A stretch of 64,000 nt of DNA from positions 1,686,555 to 1,750,554 of the forward strand of contig NMRA01000011.1 of NCBI GenBank assembly GCA_002633005.1, read 5' to 3'. Below the pieces are notes generated by a model. It ran no database searches, was not told the DNA's origin, and saw only the letters and a program-made list of their open reading frames with translations. This DNA is from Phoronis australis (Eukaryota; Animalia; Phoronida). Positions 56,801 to 64,000 of the stretch are shown piece by piece (position 1 is the first letter of the stretch; each line of letters begins with the position of its first letter). The translations under genes and the position numbers were made by a program.

Positions 56801-59800
56801 ATAGTCTGCTTTGACTGTAACAACCGTCTGGCAATGACCTGTGTACAATAATAGCAGCGGATGATGAGTGCGACGCTTAATCGTTGTTGCAACAGATTTG
56901 AATTGTGCAAACAACATTTTCCATGTCAGAGTTTTACATTTAGTTAATCATCAATAAACAGCAGGGGTCATGTTTAAGTGAATATGGTTTATAACAAACC
57001 CATATGTATTTACTAATGGAGCTCAGGACTATAGTAAATAAGGAAGCGATGTCTTGAAAGATGAAAAGAATTGAGAGGATTCCTCATCATGGTTCTGAAA
57101 ACAATCCCTAGCTGTTATATTTAATAATCACACAACCTCTTAATTTGTACCTAAAAGTTTAATCTCTAAAATCAACACAGCGCCCCCTTCAGGATGATCA
57201 GAGGTCTATGATAGTTTGCAAGAGTTTCAAGTGTACATCATGACTAAGAATTAGTATCACATAATTAGTGACCCACAATAACATCCTTAACGACGAAGAA
57301 AGAACTCAGAAATGCTGCTGCTGCTCATCTCAACATGGGTCTAGTGGACCAAACTGGGCACACATCCTATTAAACATTATTAGGCACTCTCACTTGTTTT
57401 CCAAGCACTTACCTGTCTGACATTCGACAAAGGAAGGTCTGTGTAGGTGACACCTGGTACAGGGGCGGGGGGAGGGGGTGTGGCTACAGCACCCGACGAG
57501 ATGAAGCTCAGCACATCCTGACCCCTGACGCGACCCTCAGGTCCTGTACCAGTAATCAACTGAAACAGCAATGGATTAGTAAATGCCCATCTGGTGACTG
57601 TAACACAAAAGCACCAACTTCATGACGTAGTTCATAGTTGGGAGCTGAACACACAAGCAGAAACACATAAAGCAGGCATCTACGACATGCTCGGAAGTTT
57701 GATGACCAGCATCAATCCAACCTTGCACTTCAATTATTCGATGTTGAGCATCAATATTTTGCAGCAATCGCCTTCACCAATACATAATTATTCAACACGA
57801 ACACTCAAGGACTGAACCTGGACAAATGCAGTGCATGGCCACCATAAATAAGGCTAAAATCAAACTGCATGTTCAGGAGAACCACTCAAGTACATTAACT
57901 CACCGACAAATCCAATCCTTTCTCCGCAGCTAACGTTTTTGCCAGAGGACTGGCAAAAATGCGACCTCCCGCTGGCTGGGCAGCTGATGCAGGAGGGGGT
58001 GGTGGAGGTGCAACCCGTGCTGGAGCAGCAACAGGTGCCGGGGAAGGTGTTGGGGCTGGAGGGGGTGGGGCAGCCGCTGCTGGAGGGGGTGGGGCAGCCG
58101 CTGCAGGAGGGGGTGCAGGAGCAGATGCAGGCGCATCATCGTCTGCTGATGGTGTGTAGTCTTTGAAAGCTGCAACGTCACCTTCCTCAGGTACAATAAT
58201 GCATAACAACTGAAAAAACAAACAACGATTTCAAATTAATTTCTTGGCTGAAAGGAAATTTCTAATATTCACATTTTTGTCTAATAAGATTGTTTGACTG
58301 TGAATCATAGAAAAATATCCCATCTTAAAGGTTAGCGTATAATAATTACTCAAAACCTGTACAAAATATACCATAAGCATTCTCTTTAATGTCTGTAAGC
58401 ACAAGCAACCCACTCTGGAAATTTTTCGGAATAAGTGGGCACCCTCGACTTTTTAACATTTTTGCTTAAGCACGCAATGCTCAGGCTAGCCATCACTGCT
58501 CAGGATGGTGCCCACTGGTCGGGATAGAGCCCACTGCTTGGGATAGAGCCCAATGCACGGGAATTCATCATCAAAAGAATATGGCACACTTTCAAATGCA
58601 GCAACTGAATTAATTTTGAGTCACAATGTAATTACGCCCAGAAGTTACTGTTGTCGCCAACGACATCATATTATATTAGCATCCTCTGCAGTGCATTAAA
58701 AAGGAACTTGAATGCTAATTCCTTATTTCTGTGATTGTTAGGTCAAGTTAGTTAGAAGTACATTATGAAGTATGTTGAAAATTGTGAAATATTCTTAAGA
58801 ACGAGTTTTGTGTCGAAAATAATTTGCCGTAAATCACTCAACAATGTCCAGTAAGTATCGTGACGTGGTGTTGCACGATATGGGCTGTGTGAACCCCAAA
58901 GGTACGTCATTAGTGCAAAGGTCACCTATTTGCAGAATTTTTTGTTTACACATTTACAAGTTGTCAATGAATACAACTGTATAAATATCATCTTTTTCAG
59001 TGAGGCGTGGAATATGTTGCAAGTAGATTATAATCTACAATCTGCAATGAATACAACTGCACTTTGTTTAGCATAGATGATGTTCAAACAGCATTATCGT
59101 TTAGTTCCTGCTATACATGAGCATAGATAGGAGCACACGAATACATCTTTAAGAACACCAACTTTGTTGAAATTGACACTTTACCACACTGCTCTCCACA
59201 ACAGAAAATTGACCCTCTAGTAAATTCCAAAAACCAATGCATGTAGTTACATATTCGAAAGGTCATGTCCATACTCTTTTAAATTAGGAAGTTTATGTGT
59301 TAATTCTTAGAATATGTGCATTGAACTGTACCAACAATCCAAAATGTCTTAATTTGCTTAACAAATGATTAAACTACCAGAATTTCCAAAATTATTGCAT
59401 AGGTTTTCTGGTGGTAAGAGAATACTTTAAAATCAAATCAACTGATAATGGAGATCGACAAAAAGTATTTTGAGACTTTTTATATCACGCAAACTAATTA
59501 TTGACTATATAACCAAAATAAAACACAAGTTATTTTCTCATTAAGTTTGCATTGCATCATTGTCATGCACCCCAAAATGTCACTTGGTCTGAGCACATAA
59601 TGCCTCATGGAAGTTCTTTGATACGAAATTTATCAACCATTCAAAATGCAAAATTTGAGCTGCAAACATAAGAAGGTGAGGCTATCAGGGTGAGTGCCTG
59701 GCTGAGGTTAAGCACCCGTGCTCACATGAGCACCCAACCTCAAGTTCTTCAAATTTCCAATTTCAGCCTTCATTATAAGGCTTTCGTCCCCCACCCCCAA

Positions 59801-60944
59801 CAATTTCCAAGCTGGTTAATTTAAGTGTCCTGAGTGTTAATCAAAATATAAGGCCAAAAATAGCATATTTTCCGATTCTTAAAAGTTGCTCATCGCTACT
59901 TTAGAGAAGTACACCCTACGCAGAACTGGCATCAAATCTGACGGCTTTTTAAGGTTGCCGCTCACGAGCCAACAAACAAACCATTTTTTTATAGTTCAAT
60001 GGAACCAAGGAATTATACACTTTTGAAGAATGCTACAATTTTATAAGTCGTCTTATGTGGCAGTTGATTTGTTGTTTCTTTGAAGCACACAACTTCCTTT
60101 CACACATCCATGCACAAAAAACACAAACATTTTCCAACACTATACCACACTAAAGAAACTGGTCTAGCACAGGCCTTCTCCTACCTAACTAGCCATATGA
60201 CATACGAGTAAAATCACCACATGAATGTCACCTTTCCAACAGGCACATCCTTGGACCCCGTGGACAGGATGATCTTTGCAAGGTATCCCTCTTCGGAAGC
60301 CTCGAAGCCCATTGTCGACTTGTCAGTTTCAATTTCAACAAGCAGGTCCCCCTCTGAGATTTGTTCTCCTTCTTTCTTCTCCCAGCTGACAATGTTACCA
60401 GTCTCCATCGTCGGAGACAGCGCCGGCAGCTTTATTTTGAAGTGTTCAGGAAGGTCCCCTGTAAAATTCAGTCCAGTGGAAATGCACAATTCACAATAAA
60501 CATTTCAATGAAACACACGCATGCTTCACCAAACAGGTGGGGGGTGACGGACCAGGCTTCTGAAGAACACTTTGCTATAAAAACCAAGTTAGCATGATTA
60601 CACTATTTTAATAATGCCCAACAATTGAAAATACTAAACTACAAAAATTAAGTGTGATTCAGAGCGATACAGTGACCAATTTGTTAAAAAACAAAGTCAA
60701 GAAACAAAGTCAAGTTTAACCTGATGCATGTAACCCGGTAAGTAAAAATTGGCACAGCTCAGCACTGAAACATATTGAACATCTCAAGTAATTACTAAGA
60801 ATCACAGTAAAAAGTTGAGTTTGACATATGTCTGCACCACAGTAAAAGCGCAAGTGACACTTAGACTCACCATTGCTATAGCAGCAGCGAGACGAAATCT
60901 GGGGGACATATAACTTGTGTTGTAAGTGTGGGCACTTCTTAGGT
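53859..60944 (-). CDS. DLAT: Dihydrolipoyllysine-residue acetyltransferase (PDH E2), mitochondrial; 5'-incomplete, single lipoyl domain
   Basis: Exons (minus strand): 60944-60871, 60458-60232 (lipoyl domain LPALSPTM...EIETDKSTM), 58209-57904 (Pro/Ala linker, [12 protein letters not shown]), 57559-57413 (GTGPEGRV), 56838-56753 ([10 protein letters not shown]), 56412-56272 ([10 protein letters not shown]), 55396-55315 ([14 protein letters not shown]), 54923-54703 ([15 protein letters not shown]), 53988-53859 ([12 protein letters not shown], stop). All GT-AG with consistent phases. Start exon not identified. Confidence 0.96.
55780..56249 (-). mobile_element. Helentron/HINE-like copy (inverted relative to 14751-15935) in a DLAT intron
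   Basis: Minus strand starts TTTTTATGCACCCAC, identical to 14751, and contains GAAATTTGG/GAATTTGG modules. The far boundary is approximate. Confidence 0.5.
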
Positions 60945-62294
60945 CTGAAAGTAGAAATGGCAGTGATAGTCAATGACATTTACGGAGTGTTCACAAGAGC
61001 CTATGAACTTGGTGGCTAGTGCGTACCTCCAAAGACCTGCAGCATGTCTGTGTTTGCTAATTAAGATGGGAATCCCAACTTCCAGTACTTGCACCAATGT
61101 TCCAGCGTAATATCACCAACACCTACCCGGTTAACACCATTGGTCACAAGAATTGAGCATATGCAGGCACCAGTCAAATCATCTTTAATTCAGGTAAAAG
61201 TCCACTTAATGGTAACACATAAAAATGTCCCAATATGATCGTTCACTTAATGAATGTTCAATCTCTGAAGCTTTGTCTTGGCCGCCATTAATTGTTGGAA
61301 TACGCATGCACGGCCGACAACACAATGAATGACCTTCCTCAATAAAATTCTTTGTCAGTGACAAAATGGTGATGTTTTGTTTTTCCTTTCGAATGTTCAG
61401 TCACTAAAATAGCACTTTCTGATCAGAAACTACCCAAAAGGCAAGTTAGAGTAATCAAACGTTTTCCAAGTCATGCACGCTTAAAATCAACACTTAAAAT
61501 CATAAACTTTCAACACACTCTCCTGAGGGAATGTCTTGAAACCCCATATTCACCATATTATGATGGACAAACGAAAATGCAACGTTGCAAAAAACGTTGG
61601 CATCATAGTAGTAGACGTAATGTGCAGCATACTTGTTTGGACGGACAACTTTTTGAAAATAGTAAGCAAAGTTGCGTTTTCAAATAAACACAGCGGTGTG
61701 GACAGGACCTAAGGCTAACAATAACAGCCAACCACAGTTAATTTAACTGGGTCTGTAAATAGCTAGTCGAGAGACACGAGTTAGCAATATCAATCTGTAC
61801 TGAAGACTGTAACAGGCGATTTGCTGACGGTTGCTGACTCGTTTTTGACCAGTTGAACAAAATTTGTGACCTGCGCAATAGTGTAACTTCCATCGATGCC
61901 CTCAGTGCAATAGGAAAATCCCGGCATTCCCAGGACTAATATATTGCAGCCAATTGTATTTTTCAAACAATCAACTTGTGGAAATCTTTCACAGCATTGA
62001 GCCAAATAAGCAACAGCAATTCGTCAAAACTTTTCACATGCATTAGTGAGCAGGAAAATGATTGCTTCTGCAACTAAAGAAAGGTTACCACCAGTGCAGT
62101 TACCAGGCCCGGTACTAATTCAGAAGTTTTATTTTAACTTATGGCCTACATGTGTAGCTTTCAGATTGATGGCTTGTCATATTTGTTTGTAAAATGTTAA
62201 AGCAATTCTGAAGAAGAAAAGGTTATTCCATAATTGCCCGGTATCAGTTTTCTTTTTACCTCTCTGAAAGCAACTTTTGCAAATTTACACTTAC

Positions 62295-62356
62295 CCATGG
62301 AGTGTATTTGCTTCAATGTATAGTGCAGGCCGTGTAGTACAACTGTGTAAATAGGG
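62295..62356 (-). CDS. DLAT: candidate upstream DLAT exon (part of the mitochondrial presequence)
   Basis: Strong donor CATGG|GTAAGT in phase 2 matches the next exon. Open frame PYLHSCTTRPALYIEANTLHG follows TTTACAG, with an alternative acceptor at 62342. No homology support. Confidence 0.35.
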
Positions 62357-64000
62357 CTGTAAACTGTCTTAGAAATCTAAACTTTGCATGAGTAGCACGT
62401 TTTGAGAATTCACAAGGTAGGGAGATCATGGAATTTCAGGAACATTTGTTCTTAGAACAATCGTTGAAGATACAAACACACATCAAAACCACATCTGCTA
62501 AAATAGCTACAAAACCCTCTTCCATAAGAAAAAGAACATTCTAAGATTTAGATCACCATTACTGAGATTGGTCACAATTCGTTCCCTTAGTAATACTGGA
62601 GGTGAATTTAGGGCTTTGAAAGAACTGACAGCTCGTTACTGATTGAAATCACATTCTTCAAATGGGCTTGTCGCGGCTGGCCATTTAATCCATTAACCTG
62701 GCCTTGGTGCAAAACTACATGTATGTAAATATACATCTTTGAAACAAACAATGTGGATAAAAATGGCGAATAAAATTAACGTCAAAGAAAACTACATTTT
62801 TCTTTGAGTAAACAAATTGGTTCACTGTGCTAAAAAATTGAACACTGCTCTACCATTAATTTGCTGTTAAATTTGAGAACCAATAATATGAATTGGTTTT
62901 GAGTGTATGAAATAGAGCGTCACCTAATAGCCAACTTCCTTTTTCACCAATTCCTCAATCAACTATTACGGTAATTCTTTCCGAGCAACGTTGCATACAG
63001 TTCACAAAAAATTACCAGAATTGCTTTCACCTTATTTTAAATTTTTAGTATTATCTTATCGTAAAACTGAATTTCTGAACAAATTTTGCTTCAGCTAACT
63101 TGTTACTTCTCTTAAAAGATAGGTCAGAAAATATTTCAAAGCAAATGGAACATGCACGTATCACTAACGTGCACATATCACTAGCGCGCTGCCTTCCAGG
63201 CTTTCTTTATAATGAAAGCCAAAGTATGAAACAAGAAAATGACATTTATTAGCTTGTTTTACATTTAAAATGTGCGTAAGAACAGGAAAGGTGAGTGTTG
63301 GTCTACAAACAAATTTTGTACGTACCACATCCTATTGTTAGCTGTACATGCAAACTAATATATGTGAAGTGATGAGCAGAACTAGACGGGCGGTGAGAAA
63401 TGTATAGACCTATGTGCAGTAACCGCACAGCTACTTATAGCTACTTTATGCTAGTATTTATATAATTATATGGCTCGCCAGAGTCAAAATGGCCTTTAGA
63501 AAATAGATGTATGTTTCAGTTCTTTGTAAACCGATAAATCACTTCTCATCAGAGAACAGAACAAGTTGAGACCGATTTTATAGTGGGATGCAGACTAAAT
63601 CAAAAGTTTGTCAGTTGCACGGAACGTGGTTTCATAGCAGCTTTAACAGTACAGAAGTGCCGTAAACATTGAAACTGACCTTTTAGGTCAGGTTTGTTTT
63701 GATTACCTAATTGGTTGTTACGTGAACTACTCTTGTAGCTTACTGGTCTATAGTTTTGGCCAATTAGGGCCTGCTGGTGATATCCGGGTTGTCCGCTGAA
63801 CCCTCGTGTTCAGCCTCTTTCATTCTTGTTACAAGTGTTAGAAGAAAGCCGTGTTTTGGACTTGTGAACTAGCTTTCATCTGGAGAGTTGTGAGCAGAAT
63901 ATTGAGAACTTTTGAGTGATTGAGAACTTTTGAGCATTAGAATCCAGTGTACATTTGGTGTGGATAGATTAGGGAATTTGTGAGTGCAGCTTGGACAGAG

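Noticed and set aside
57939-58166. Gly/Ala-rich + strand ORFs
   Set aside because: Antisense shadows of the DLAT Pro/Ala linker exon.

Overview
Intron-rich animal genomic DNA, probably a lophotrochozoan or other marine invertebrate (inferred from repeat types and GPCR style). It holds a complete 22-exon PRPF6 gene on + (CDS 10106-52939, about 924 aa) and a convergent, 5'-incomplete DLAT (pyruvate dehydrogenase E2) on - with one lipoyl domain. A two-exon orphan class A GPCR is nested antisense in the 19.6-kb PRPF6 intron 16, and there is one tRNA-Ser(GCT). Many non-autonomous transposons are present (Merlin-, hAT-, PIF/Harbinger-, Tc1/mariner- and Helentron-like, plus tRNA-derived SINE heads). 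Two near-identical duplications sit at assembly gaps and are probably allelic. The most unusual signal is that four of 21 PRPF6 introns (8, 12, 13, 15) begin with unrelated tandem arrays (units 82, 45, about 29 and 60/64 bp) whose first unit straddles the exon end and 5' splice site. These arrays create runs of decoy donors, and in all four an in-frame stop lies before or at the next donor copy. A fifth array (48 bp) straddles the GPCR stop codon. All coordinates were derived by hand; no searches were run.
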